DNA of 59,501 nt, counting the filler. It is 4 parts of 4 records of this genome, joined end to end, with 100 filler letters (N's around TTAATTAATTAA, not from the genome) between each part and the next. Parts side by side here need not be neighbours in the genome. Positions count along the whole stretch, not along the records: positions 1 to 27,411 come from DRR723986_2325; positions 27,512 to 38,644 come from DRR723986_2328; 2 more parts are not named here. One strand, given 5' to 3'. Every line of letters begins with the position of its first letter. Within the stretch, counting starts at the first letter, position 1. This document shows, in pieces, positions 18,888 to 28,118 of the stretch. The translations under genes and the position numbers were made by a program. The notes beneath the pieces are model-generated. The model did not search any database and had not been told where the DNA came from. It saw only the letters and a list, made by a program, of their open reading frames with translations.

Positions 18888-20121
18888 GCTCCTGTTCTGT
18901 TCCCTTCTCACCATATTGCCCGACTATCTGATCCGCAGATATGTGCAGGGCAAGCGCATCGGCCGGGAAATAACGCTCTATTCGGTCTGGTTCGAGCTGC
19001 GCTACGGCATCGTGCTGTGCCTGATGCTGACCGTCTCCCTGATCACGCTGATTTTCTATTTTCATCCAACGGCAACCACGGCGGTTTCGACATTCCGGAC
19101 AATTCCGATACTGCCGGAAAGTTCCGGCAGGGTCGTCGAAACCTTCGTCCCGCGCGAGCTTGAAGTGGACATCAAGGCAGGTGACCCGATTTTCAAGCTC
19201 GACAGCACGCGCCAGGAAGCGGATGTCGTGACTGCGCAGCAGCAATTGGTCGAAATCCAGGGAGAGCTTGCACTGGCCCAGAGCGAACTGGCTGTTGCCA
19301 ATGCTCAGACCGAGCAGGCGCAGGCAGCACTGAAGCAGGCGCAGGACGAGCTCGACACGAGGCAGGAGCTTTTCACCCGCAATGCCAATGTCGTGAGTGA
19401 ACGGGACATCGAAAAGCTGCAGAACGCAGTGGATGCGCGAACCGGCGCACTGCGCGCGGCGCAGTCCAATCAGGAGCTCATCCAGACCAAGATCACGGTA
19501 TATCTGCCCGCGCGCCTGAAAAGCGCGGAGGCCAGATTGCACGAGGCGCAAGTGGAGCTGGAGAAGATGACTGTCTACGCCGGTGTGGACGGCACCATGA
19601 GCCAGTTCATCCTGCGTCCAGGTGACATCGTCAACCCGATGATGCGGCCTGCAGGCGTGCTAATTCCCACGGATGCACAGCGAGAGCGAATCGTTGCGGG
19701 TTTCGGCCAGATCGAGGCCCAGGTCCTCAAGGAAGGAATGGTGGCGGAAGCGTTCTGCGGAGCCGTACCTTTCACCATTATTCCGCTGGTCGTGACAGAA
19801 GTGCAGTCGCAGATCGCTTCCGGACAGATATCAACCTCAGGCCAGCTTTTTGATGCCGCTCAAAGTGTGAAACCGGCAACGATCACCACCTTGCTGGAAC
19901 CGCTTTACGAAGACGGCCTGGCTGACTTGCCACCGGGCGCAATTTGCACGGTCAACGCCTACACCAGCAATCATGACCGTCTGTCGTCGGGCGAACCGAT
20001 TGGAACCGGTGAGTTCATCTTCCTGCACGTGGTCGACACGGTCGGTCTCGTCCATGCGATGATCATTCGGCTTCAGGCGCTGCTGTTCCCGATCCAGACG
20101 CTGGTGCTGACGGGCCACTAG
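18880..20121 (+). CDS. HlyD family membrane fusion protein
   Basis: TM anchor, SGRVVE..GDPIFKLD, coiled coil, VYAGVDG...GDIV; AGGAG RBS. Confidence 0.88.
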   Translation: MFELLFCSLLTILPDYLIRRYVQGKRIGREITLYSVWFELRYGIVLCLMLTVSLITLIFYFHPTATTAVSTFRTIPILPESSGRVVETFVPRELEVDIKAGDPIFKLDSTRQEADVVTAQQQLVEIQGELALAQSELAVANAQTEQAQAALKQAQDELDTRQELFTRNANVVSERDIEKLQNAVDARTGALRAAQSNQELIQTKITVYLPARLKSAEARLHEAQVELEKMTVYAGVDGTMSQFILRPGDIVNPMMRPAGVLIPTDAQRERIVAGFGQIEAQVLKEGMVAEAFCGAVPFTIIPLVVTEVQSQIASGQISTSGQLFDAAQSVKPATITTLLEPLYEDGLADLPPGAICTVNAYTSNHDRLSSGEPIGTGEFIFLHVVDTVGLVHAMIIRLQALLFPIQTLVLTGH

Positions 20122-20124
20122 AAC

Positions 20125-20168
20125 AAAAACATCCCGGCGGGACGGTGGGAAACCGTCCTGCCGGGGTG
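20125..20168. terminator. Long hairpin terminator between convergent genes
   Basis: CATCCCGGCGGGACGGT/ACCGTCCTGCCGGGGTG preceded by AAAAA. Confidence 0.65.
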
Positions 20169-20176
20169 CGTATCAT

Positions 20177-20566
20177 TCACTTCGTGTAGCTGACCACTTC
20201 AAACTCGATGCCATCGTCATCGTCGAAATAGAATCTGCGGCCCGGCTCGTAGTCGCCGTGATTGTGCGTGTGATAGCCATCGGCCTTGATCACTGCTTCG
20301 GTTGCGTCGATGTCATCGACGACGACTGCGATGTGGTTGAGCCCACCGTGGTGGCTGTAGCTGTCTCCGGAAACCTTGCTGGTTGTACCAGGCGGTGAAT
20401 AGGCTGCTACATAGCTGGTTTCGTTGCCGATGTGATACGTCGTGCCGCCGCCAAGGCTTGCACCTTTCCAGCGAACCTTCCAGCCGAACCAGCTTTCCAG
20501 ACGTTTGGCGGTCGCTTCCGGGTCACTGACCGTGACGTTCACATGTTCCAGGAATGCACTGCTCAT
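20177..20566 (-). CDS. VOC/glyoxalase family protein (probable SoxR target)
   Basis: LEHVNVTVSD, GGLNHIAVVVDD, YEPGRRFYF.D.DGIEFEVVSY. Confidence 0.9.
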   Translation of the reverse strand: MSSAFLEHVNVTVSDPEATAKRLESWFGWKVRWKGASLGGGTTYHIGNETSYVAAYSPPGTTSKVSGDSYSHHGGLNHIAVVVDDIDATEAVIKADGYHTHNHGDYEPGRRFYFDDDDGIEFEVVSYTK

Positions 20567-20614
20567 CTCGGTGTCCTATCAGGGTTTGACCTTTTGTGGA
20601 CACCAGACATAATT

Positions 20615-20632
20615 CCTCAATCTTAGTTGAGG
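20615..20632. promoter_or_regulatory. SoxR box in a 19-bp-spacer MerR-type promoter
   Basis: CCTCAATCTTAGTTGAGG versus consensus CCTCAAGTTAACTTGAGG; minus-strand TTGACC-N19-TATGTC points at the VOC gene. Confidence 0.85.
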
Positions 20633-20666
20633 TCAAGAGAGGCGGGGCGATATTTTGACGAAGGTT

Positions 20667-21131
20667 ATGAAAGGCACCGATCTTCTAACCATCGGGGATC
20701 TGTCCGAGCGGACGGGGCTGTCCGTTTCGGCGATCCGGTTTTACGAAGAAAAGGGGCTGGTGCACCCAAGCCGGAACGCTGGAGGACAGCGGCGATTTTT
20801 AAGGGCCGACATCAGGCGCCTGTCCTTTGTACTGGTCGCACAGGAATTCGGGTTCTCGATTGCGGAGATCGCGGCGCAGCTCCAAAGGTTGCCGGAGGGG
20901 CGGGCACCGACCAAGGCGGACTGGACAAGGATCAGCAGAGATTTCCGATCTCACCTTGATCGGAAAATCGAACGGATGACGGCCTTGCGCAACAAGCTCG
21001 ATGGCTGCATCGGCTGCGGATGCCTGTCTATGAAAACTTGTCAGCTCTACAACGCAGGAGACGCGGCAGCCAGCAAGGGACGTGGGCCCCGCTTTCTCCT
21101 TGGCGATCGTCCGGATTTCGCCAGGGACTGA
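20667..21131 (+). CDS. soxR: Redox-sensitive transcriptional activator SoxR
   Basis: MerR HTH (SAIRFYEEKGL, RNAGGQRRF); 2Fe-2S motif CIGCGCLSMKTC. Confidence 0.95.
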   Translation: MKGTDLLTIGDLSERTGLSVSAIRFYEEKGLVHPSRNAGGQRRFLRADIRRLSFVLVAQEFGFSIAEIAAQLQRLPEGRAPTKADWTRISRDFRSHLDRKIERMTALRNKLDGCIGCGCLSMKTCQLYNAGDAAASKGRGPRFLLGDRPDFARD

Positions 21132-21190
21132 CTCACAAGCGGCTTTGGAAAAGTTGCCGGGACGCCAATAGGCTGTCCCGGCTCCTGATT

Positions 21191-21448
21191 TCACCTGTTG
21201 TCCAGTTGAGCCCTTACACGTTTCAGACCCAGCGGCGTGATCCGATACGGGCCGCTGTTCCTGGAGGCGATCAGCCGTTTGTATTTCAGCTTATGGAAAA
21301 GCTGTGGTGAGCAGCCGCCCCAGAACCAGCCTTCACGGGTGACGGTTTCATGTTTGATGACACGGCCATGCTCATCCTTTTCCAGAAGGATATAGCCGCC
21401 TTGAGCCAGCAGGTGCAGGACCCGCTGCTCGGCTTTGGAAATGTCCAT
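21191..21448 (-). CDS. yjhX: YjhX/TopAI (UPF0386) family protein
   Basis: MDISKAEQRVLHLLAQGG...TREGW...LF.KLK.KRLI.S....PYRIT..GL..VRAQLDNR. Confidence 0.88.
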   Translation of the reverse strand: MDISKAEQRVLHLLAQGGYILLEKDEHGRVIKHETVTREGWFWGGCSPQLFHKLKYKRLIASRNSGPYRITPLGLKRVRAQLDNR

Positions 21449-21547
21449 TGATTTGAATTTGCCTGAAAGTATGCACAGAGCTCCAGCCACCGCAGCTAAT
21501 CGCCTGCAGTGCTGATGTGACTGGCCCCGACTGACGTCAGCCGGGGT

Positions 21548-21574
21548 CTACCGGGACTGTTGCAATCCGCGCAT
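21548..21574 (-). CDS. Putative 8-codon regulatory uORF MRGLQQSR
   Basis: GAGAGG RBS, ATG CGC GGA TTG CAA CAG TCC CGG TAG, then a GC hairpin; 99 nt upstream of yjhX. Confidence 0.5.
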   Translation of the reverse strand: MRGLQQSR

Positions 21575-21742
21575 AAAACCTCTCAGTTGGTGGGAAGGCC
21601 CTTAGCACACGCTGCCAAACGCGACAACGCGCCGAGGCTCAATGCAGCGGTGAGGCTGGGTGATTTGCAGAGGCTGTTGCAAATCTGCTGCGATCTGGAA
21701 ACGCAGGATTTCGATTTCCTGGTTCGACCGGGTGAAAACGCT

Positions 21743-21997
21743 TCAGCTGTGTTCAGCCGGCCAGTAGCCGTTGTCCGGGTTGCGTGAAACCGCAATGGCC
21801 TCGACATCCCGCGAGCCGCAGGAAGCGCAAGTAAGTGTTTCGCTCAAGGACGAGACTTTCTGGTCTCCGGTGAACCGTGAAAAGTTCATGTAACGGAACC
21901 GGCCACAGTGATTGCACAATATGGCAAGGCGTCGGTCGGTCTTGAAGAGCGTGTCGACTGTTGGGTCGTCTGTTTCAATAGATGAGAGTAAAGTCAT
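21743..21997 (-). CDS. Small zinc-ribbon hypothetical protein
   Basis: CNHC...CASC; AT-rich upstream region. Confidence 0.7.
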   Translation of the reverse strand: MTLLSSIETDDPTVDTLFKTDRRLAILCNHCGRFRYMNFSRFTGDQKVSSLSETLTCASCGSRDVEAIAVSRNPDNGYWPAEHS

Positions 21998-22283
21998 GGC
22001 CTTTAAAACTTAATTTAAGGAATGGGAGCTGCCAGAGGCAATGCATGTCAAATACTTGTATTAACAAAAGTAGCACAGAGTTTTGCTGTACAAAACCGTT
22101 TAAATTTAGGTGAGCTGAGGGTCATGTCCCCGCGTTATGCCAGGGAAATGGGACTGTTTCATTCAATTACATGGCTTTACGGCCAACTGCTGAGACGAGA
22201 CTGCAGCAATTTGCCGCCGGACTAATGTCCTTAAACTTGGAAACCGGCTCGCATTTTGTCCCGCACAAGGCTATGAGGAAGCC

Positions 22284-22586
22284 ATGATGACGCTTTCAGA
22301 AACCTGGTACGACCTCTTCGGCCTTGCTGGCCTGCTCAACCCGTTTGCGCTGCTGATCGGCGGGTATCTGGGGTGGAAGGCCGACCGGCTGCAAAAGCTC
22401 TGGATCGCGGGATTCGCGGCGGCAGCGCTGACGCTCATTCTGGATGTGGCGATTGGCGCGCTGCCCGTGCCGCAGCCTTTTGCGCATGATGCCGGTGCGC
22501 TGGCTGTCTTTCCGTTCCGCTTTGTCGGCGGTTTGATTGCGTCTGCCGTGACCTATTGGCTCAGCCGCCGCGTGAAGCGCGCCTGA
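22284..22586 (+). CDS. Small membrane protein (about 3 TM)
   Basis: Hydrophobic segments; GAGG RBS. Confidence 0.7.
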   Translation: MMTLSETWYDLFGLAGLLNPFALLIGGYLGWKADRLQKLWIAGFAAAALTLILDVAIGALPVPQPFAHDAGALAVFPFRFVGGLIASAVTYWLSRRVKRA

Positions 22587-22605
22587 AGCCGGTGCTGCCG
22601 CGTTT

Positions 22606-22857
22606 TCAGCTGTCGATCCAGCTGTTGAACAGGGGAGCGTTGGGACAGTTCGGCAGGGCTTCATCCGCGCCATCGGGATGGCTTTCAAGCCAGGCACGAC
22701 AGGCTTCGGTTTCGCTGCAGTTGATGCATCGATAGGCGGCAGACCTTAGCGCCGCACCCGTGTGCACACCGGTCGGGACGTGGTTCATCGCGCCGATTGT
22801 GTCCAGCATCCTGCCCATCAGTTCCGCGCGCTCGTTGAGGCGATCCATCCAGTTCAA
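22606..22857 (-). CDS. DUF6455-like Cys-rich small protein
   Basis: LMGRM...RCINC....ACRAWL....P.CPNA..F; TTG start 7 nt after AAGGAG. Confidence 0.75.
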   Translation of the reverse strand: MNWMDRLNERAELMGRMLDTIGAMNHVPTGVHTGAALRSAAYRCINCSETEACRAWLESHPDGADEALPNCPNAPLFNSWIDS

Positions 22858-23103
22858 GCCGTTTCTCCTTCCGACGGGACATGTGCAGACATTGTCTGCC
22901 AAGGCCTTCTGTCTCTTGATGCCGCTCTGGTTTCCGGCACCGGTTATGAAGGACACAATGCAGCAGAAACACCTGCGTTACCTTGATCAGGGTCAACTCT
23001 GGGCAAGCATTGCGAAACCAGCCATACTGCAGGTTCATGATTCTGAACCCCTGCCAGGCCGCCTCCTGCAATTCGGAGCGCCGCAACACCTGGAGACGGT
23101 GGG

Positions 23104-25656
23104 ATGGTTGAAACGGTAAGCGCCTCGCCGCTGCCCCAGGCAACCGGCAATGGCACAGTAGCTCAGGGACTTGTGCCGGGAACGGAACTCAAGGCCAAGG
23201 TTGAGGCAAACCTGCCGGGTGGTGTGGTGCGCCTCGCGACGCCCGACGCAAAGCTGGAGCTGCGCGTTCCCGCACCACTTCCTGAAGGCGGCGAGGTTAC
23301 GGTTACCGTCAGCGGCTCCAAACAGCAGCCTGCGATCCTGATCACTGTGGGCAAGGAGCAGCCGCAGCAGCAACCTTCCGCGCCGACGACAGCTTCTCAA
23401 GGTCAGGCGTCCCAAGCCCAAGCATCCCAAGCTCAAGCATCCCAAGCTCAGGCACCCCAAGTGCAGGCGGCAAAGGGCCAGACCGGCCAGGCTCCTGCGC
23501 AATCCGAATCCGGAGCGCCCCTGCAACCGCAACCTTCAACGGCGACCGCCTATCCGCGGCCGTCGCCGGTTCTGGCGCATCTGGTTCAGGTTCTTTCGGT
23601 CAATACGGCTCCGGGCCAGACTGCCGGCAACGCGCAGGCCTTGCCGCAAACACCTCTTCCGGGGGCGCCTCCGCCAACCAGCGCTCCGCTGACGGCCGGC
23701 GCCGCGCAGCCTCCGGCTTCAGGAAACGTCGCAACCGGTCAGCCTCTTCCGCCGACAGGAGCATCTGGACAAACAATCGCTGGAGTGACACCTCCGGCAG
23801 GGGCTTCTAAGCAGAACTCGGCGTCGACGCAGCCTGCTGCTGCCCCGTCCCAGGTTTCCGCACCTGCGCCAAATGCCCCTTCGGGTGCGCCCGTGCAGCC
23901 GCAAGTCGCTACCGCGCCACCGGCGGGCACGCCATCTTCCGGGATCTCTCAACCGGGACAGCCTGCGCCTCCGGCAGGGTCTGCGGCCGGGCAAGTGCCG
24001 TCGGGGGGAGGCGTACCTGTTACGGCCGCTCCCGGACAAGGTGCGTCGAGCCTGTCGAACCTGACCGGCGGACCACCGGTTTCGCAGCCGGCAGCAGTTG
24101 CTTCAACGGTTACAGTCGCGCCCACGCAACCCGGAACATCGGTGAACCAGTCCCTAGCGAACACTGCCGCAGTTTCACCTGCCGGTGCTTCTGTTCAGGC
24201 ACCACCGTCCACGCTTTCAGCAGGCACGCTGGCAACGCCAGCGCCGCCGCCTATAAAAGGTAACCCGGCAGCTCCAGTGGGGGCTCCTTCAGGAAACGCG
24301 CCTGCACCTGCCACAAACGCCCCTGGTGTACAAAGTGCAGTCCCCGGAACGGCGCCCGGTCAGGTTCCGGCAGGTGCAGGGACCGGAGCGCCGGTATCAA
24401 GCACGGTACAGGCAAATCTCCAGTCGGGAGGATCGTCGGGACCAACGCCTGTCCAGGGCTCGCAATTGGCATCAACCGCCGCGGGGGCTGGTGCCAATTC
24501 CGCTTCTCCTCCAGCTGCAAACCAGCCTGGCACAGGCGTACCCAATCAAGCCACCGGGCAGTCAAACGGCGCATTTCAGACAGTTGGAGGACAGCCCGTA
24601 GTCCTGACGCGAACGGCGATCCCTCAGACTTATCCTGCATCCATTGGTGCATCCGTGCCGACTGAGGGAGCCCCGAACCCAACCGCGCAGGCACCAGTGG
24701 TGGGTCAGCAGCCTGCCAATAAGATTGCCGAATTGCTGAAGCAGCCACTCAGTGAGCAGCAGGCCGGCCTGGGGAGCCTGTTCGCCCAGATCGGAAGCCT
24801 GATGTCCGCGCAGAACAGCGGGAACGTTTCTTTGCCGGATCCCGTGGTCAAGGCAATGCAGCAGATCCTTGGTTTGCGCTTGTCGTCGGCCCAGGCACCG
24901 ACCGCGCAGGATCTGCAACAGGCCGTAAGATTGTCCGGACAGTTTCGCGAAGCACAATTGTCCCTGCCTTCCGGAGTGCAGCCGCAGGGCCAAGTCGCAC
25001 TGCCGGATCTGAAATCCGCCCTTTTGTCGTTCAAGGCACTGCTTCAGCAGTTGGGTGCCCGCTCTGAAATAACCCACCCCGCAGGACAGCCGCCGGCGCC
25101 ATCCCGGCATGGTGCACCACAAGGCCAGGCGCAACAGACCAGCAGCGGGTTCTGGGCAGGAGCTGCTTCGCAAAATCTGCAGGCACTTCTGAAGGAAACG
25201 GATTCGGCCCTGGCGCGCCTGCGGCTGACGCAGCTCAGCAATACGAAACTGTCCAGGGAAGATGGACCGCGCGCAGCGTCCCGTCCGATGGATCTTGTGG
25301 TTGAACTGCCACTCGCGTTTGGCAATGAAACGGCCGTGATGCAAATGCAGGTCGGCCGCGATGGGGCCGAAAACCAGGAAGATGATGATGGGGAACCCGC
25401 CTGGCGGCTGCGGTTTGCACTCGATCTGACCGCGACAGGACCGCTGGAAGCTGCCATCAGTCTGCACGGCGGCGGAACCTATGCCAGCTTGTGGGTGGAT
25501 CGCAAGGAAACCTTCGACAGTCTGAACGCCGTCCGCGAAACCATGGAAGCCGCTTTTGCCGATGCAGGGCTGGATCTTCAGGAACTGCGGCTGATCCGGG
25601 GGCTCCCACCCAGAACAGCGGCCAAATACGGCGCACTGATCGACAGGCAATCGTGA
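23104..25656 (+). CDS. fliK: Flagellar hook-length control protein FliK-like
   Basis: Long P/A/Q/G low-complexity region; C-terminal WRLRFALDL..TGPLEA.I...LW...AF..AGL; adjacent FlhB-C gene. Confidence 0.7.
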   Translation: MVETVSASPLPQATGNGTVAQGLVPGTELKAKVEANLPGGVVRLATPDAKLELRVPAPLPEGGEVTVTVSGSKQQPAILITVGKEQPQQQPSAPTTASQGQASQAQASQAQASQAQAPQVQAAKGQTGQAPAQSESGAPLQPQPSTATAYPRPSPVLAHLVQVLSVNTAPGQTAGNAQALPQTPLPGAPPPTSAPLTAGAAQPPASGNVATGQPLPPTGASGQTIAGVTPPAGASKQNSASTQPAAAPSQVSAPAPNAPSGAPVQPQVATAPPAGTPSSGISQPGQPAPPAGSAAGQVPSGGGVPVTAAPGQGASSLSNLTGGPPVSQPAAVASTVTVAPTQPGTSVNQSLANTAAVSPAGASVQAPPSTLSAGTLATPAPPPIKGNPAAPVGAPSGNAPAPATNAPGVQSAVPGTAPGQVPAGAGTGAPVSSTVQANLQSGGSSGPTPVQGSQLASTAAGAGANSASPPAANQPGTGVPNQATGQSNGAFQTVGGQPVVLTRTAIPQTYPASIGASVPTEGAPNPTAQAPVVGQQPANKIAELLKQPLSEQQAGLGSLFAQIGSLMSAQNSGNVSLPDPVVKAMQQILGLRLSSAQAPTAQDLQQAVRLSGQFREAQLSLPSGVQPQGQVALPDLKSALLSFKALLQQLGARSEITHPAGQPPAPSRHGAPQGQAQQTSSGFWAGAASQNLQALLKETDSALARLRLTQLSNTKLSREDGPRAASRPMDLVVELPLAFGNETAVMQMQVGRDGAENQEDDDGEPAWRLRFALDLTATGPLEAAISLHGGGTYASLWVDRKETFDSLNAVRETMEAAFADAGLDLQELRLIRGLPPRTAAKYGALIDRQS
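23404..23463 (+). repeat. In-frame 15-bp tandem repeat (QASQA-like, about 4 copies)
   Basis: caggcgtcccaagcc caagcatcccaagct caagcatcccaagct caggcaccccaagtg. Confidence 0.8.
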
Positions 25657-25669
25657 GACGGAACCGGCA

Positions 25670-25954
25670 ATGAGTGAAAAGGACAAATCCGGGAAGAAGC
25701 TTGCGGTCGCACTGCAGTATGAGAACGAGGGCGCTCCCGTTGTCACCGCCAAAGGCGCGGGCTCCATGGCTGAACAGATCGAACGTCTTGCGCGGGAAGC
25801 TGGCGTGCCGATTGAACAGAACCCGATGATGGCTGAGGCCCTGTCGCAGATTGAGGTCGACCAGGAAATTCCGATCGAGCTTTATCAGGCGGTCGCCGTG
25901 CTGATCGGCTTCATCATGCGGACTGGCCAGGCCAAGCACCCGCCGCAGGAATGA
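25670..25954 (+). CDS. FlhB C-terminal-like (EscU/YscU/HrcU family) protein
   Basis: AVALQY..GAPVVTAKG, A.EAGVPI, EIPIELYQAVA. Confidence 0.9.
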   Translation: MSEKDKSGKKLAVALQYENEGAPVVTAKGAGSMAEQIERLAREAGVPIEQNPMMAEALSQIEVDQEIPIELYQAVAVLIGFIMRTGQAKHPPQE

Positions 25955-26306
25955 TGGCGCAAGGCTGAGTCTTGTCGCGCTGACAAAGCAATTGCCACTG
26001 TGACCTTCCGTAGCACGCATGTTGGTCGTGTTTCCTGGCTCTGGAAATGATCAGGCCGGGGGGGCATTCCGCTCGTCCGTGGCGACACGGATGCTTGTTG
26101 CAACGCTTCGCAATGCGCGATTGCCAGGCAAGCAGACAGGAAAGGCGCGTCCTGCTGTGCGAAAGCTGACGCTTCAGGCAAGGAAAACCTTGCAGCCAGG
26201 ACAATTCCCGACTAGGTCATCAAACGGCTACAAATTCGCGCCGCAGCATGTCTTTCCAGCTGGTTGACCAGACGCGAAATCAAAACGAACAGGATTTTTG
26301 ACGACT

Positions 26307-27411
26307 ATGACGATTGTCGACGTACGCACACCCGATCCGAAGAAATTCATCAAGGGCGCGACGGGCGATTGGGAAATCGTGATCGGTATGGAAGTCCATG
26401 CCCAGGTCACGTCCGAAGCCAAGCTCTTTTCCGGCGCCTCAACGGAATTCGGCAAGGACCCCAACGATAACGTCAGCCTCGTGGACGCGGCCATGCCGGG
26501 CATGCTGCCGGTGATCAACGAGGAATGCGTGCGTCAGGCGATCCGCACCGGCCTCGGTCTCAAGGCCGAGATCAATCTGAAGTCCGTGTTCGACCGCAAG
26601 AACTATTTCTATCCGGATTTGCCGCAAGGCTACCAGATCTCCCAGTTCAAGCAGCCGATTGTCGGAGAAGGCAAGATCCTTCTCGACATGCCGGACGAAC
26701 AGGTCGAGATCGGTGTGGAGCGCCTGCACCTTGAGCAGGACGCCGGCAAGTCTCTGCACGACCAGCATCCGACCATGTCATTCGTTGACTTGAACCGTTC
26801 CGGCGTGGCGCTGATGGAAATCGTCTCCAAGCCGGATCTCCGGTCTTCCGACGAGGCAAAAGCCTATCTGACCAAGCTGCGCACCATCCTGCGCTATCTC
26901 GGCACCTGCGACGGCAACATGGACCAGGGGTCCATGCGCGCCGATGTCAACGTTTCCGTCCGCCGTCCTGGCGGTGAATTCGGCACGCGCTGCGAGATCA
27001 AGAACGTCAACTCGATCCGCTTTGTCGGCCAGGCCATTGAATATGAAGCACGTCGCCAGGTTGCGCTCTTGGAAGATGGCGGCTCGGTCGATCAGGAAAC
27101 CCGCCTGTTCGACGCCGTGAAGGGCGAAACACGGTCCATGCGGTCCAAAGAAGAAGCGCATGACTACCGCTATTTCCCGGATCCCGACCTGCTGCCGCTG
27201 GAGTTCACGCAGGCGTTCGTCGACGAACTGGCGCAGCACCTGCCGGAACTGCCGGACGACAAGAAGAACCGCTTCATGGGCGATTATGGCCTCACCGCCT
27301 ATGACGCCGAGATCCTGATTGCCGAAAAAGCTTCTGCCGATTTCTTCGAGGAAGTCGCCAAGGGCCGCGACGCCAAACTGGCTGCCAACTGGGTGATCAA
27401 CGAGCTCTTCG
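26307..27411 (+). CDS. gatB: Asp/Glu-tRNA amidotransferase subunit B, 3'-truncated
   Basis: [48 protein letters not shown]. Confidence 0.97.
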
Positions 27412-27511
27412 NNNNNNNNNNNNNNNNNNNNNNNNNNNNNNNNNNNNNNNNNNNNTTAATTAATTAANNNNNNNNNNNNNNNNNNNNNNNNNNNNNNNNN
27501 NNNNNNNNNNN
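27412..27511. other. Artificial contig linker
   Basis: N44-TTAATTAATTAA-N44 (six-frame stop). Confidence 0.98.
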
Positions 27512-27798
27512 TTGGGCGACTTCCACATCTTCTTGAGGCCGAACTCCTCGACCCGCTGTTCGTCGGGCGTGATGGTCGCGCATTTCACCGCGACGCCGAC
27601 CTCCAGCGTCTTTTCGGCAGCGTCGATGGTGACCTGATCCTCGGTCCGGTCGCGTTCCTCGATCCCGAGATCGTAGTACAGCAGGTCGATGTCGAGATAG
27701 GGCAGGATCAGCTTCTGCTTGATGAAGTCCCACATGATGCGGGTCATCTCGTCGCCATCCATTTCGACGATGGGGTTGTCTACCTTGATGCGGGTCAT
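27512..27798 (-). CDS. icd: NADP-isocitrate dehydrogenase, N-terminal fragment
   Basis: [37 protein letters not shown]. Confidence 0.95.
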
Positions 27799-28118
27799 GA
27801 AGACGTCCTTGATCGGGTTTCCCGGGCTTGCCCCTGCCATAGCGCAAAGCGCCGCCCTCCGAAACACGGGATGCGCCCGCATGGGGGGCACGAGGGCGGC
27901 CCGCCCGGACAACGACCGTCCGGGACTTCCATGCGCCTGTTAAACCACCACGTCTGAAACGGCTCTTAACGCGCCCGGGGTCGATCTCGACAATGCGTCG
28001 AACCCGTCCGCGGCGACGGGCTAATCGCAGAGCCCCGGCCTTGGCGGAGCGACCCGAGGCGGCCGGCCCGCGCCGCCCAAGGCGCACGGCCCACGCCCGT
28101 CGGGGTTCCGCGCCTGGG

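Noticed and set aside
22003-22018. CtrA box upstream of the zinc-ribbon gene
   Set aside because: TTAA spacings are 3, 1 and 8, not 7, in an AT-rich tract
25955-26290. Cobalamin riboswitch suggested by GCCACTG and AGCCAG words upstream of gatB
   Set aside because: Core elements (GGGAA, CCCGCAACTG, GGGAAG) missing or out of order; context unsuitable
27456-27467. TTAATTAATTAA palindromes (also within the other two N runs) as regulatory sites or repeats
   Set aside because: Identical six-frame-stop spacers inside N runs; assembly artefact
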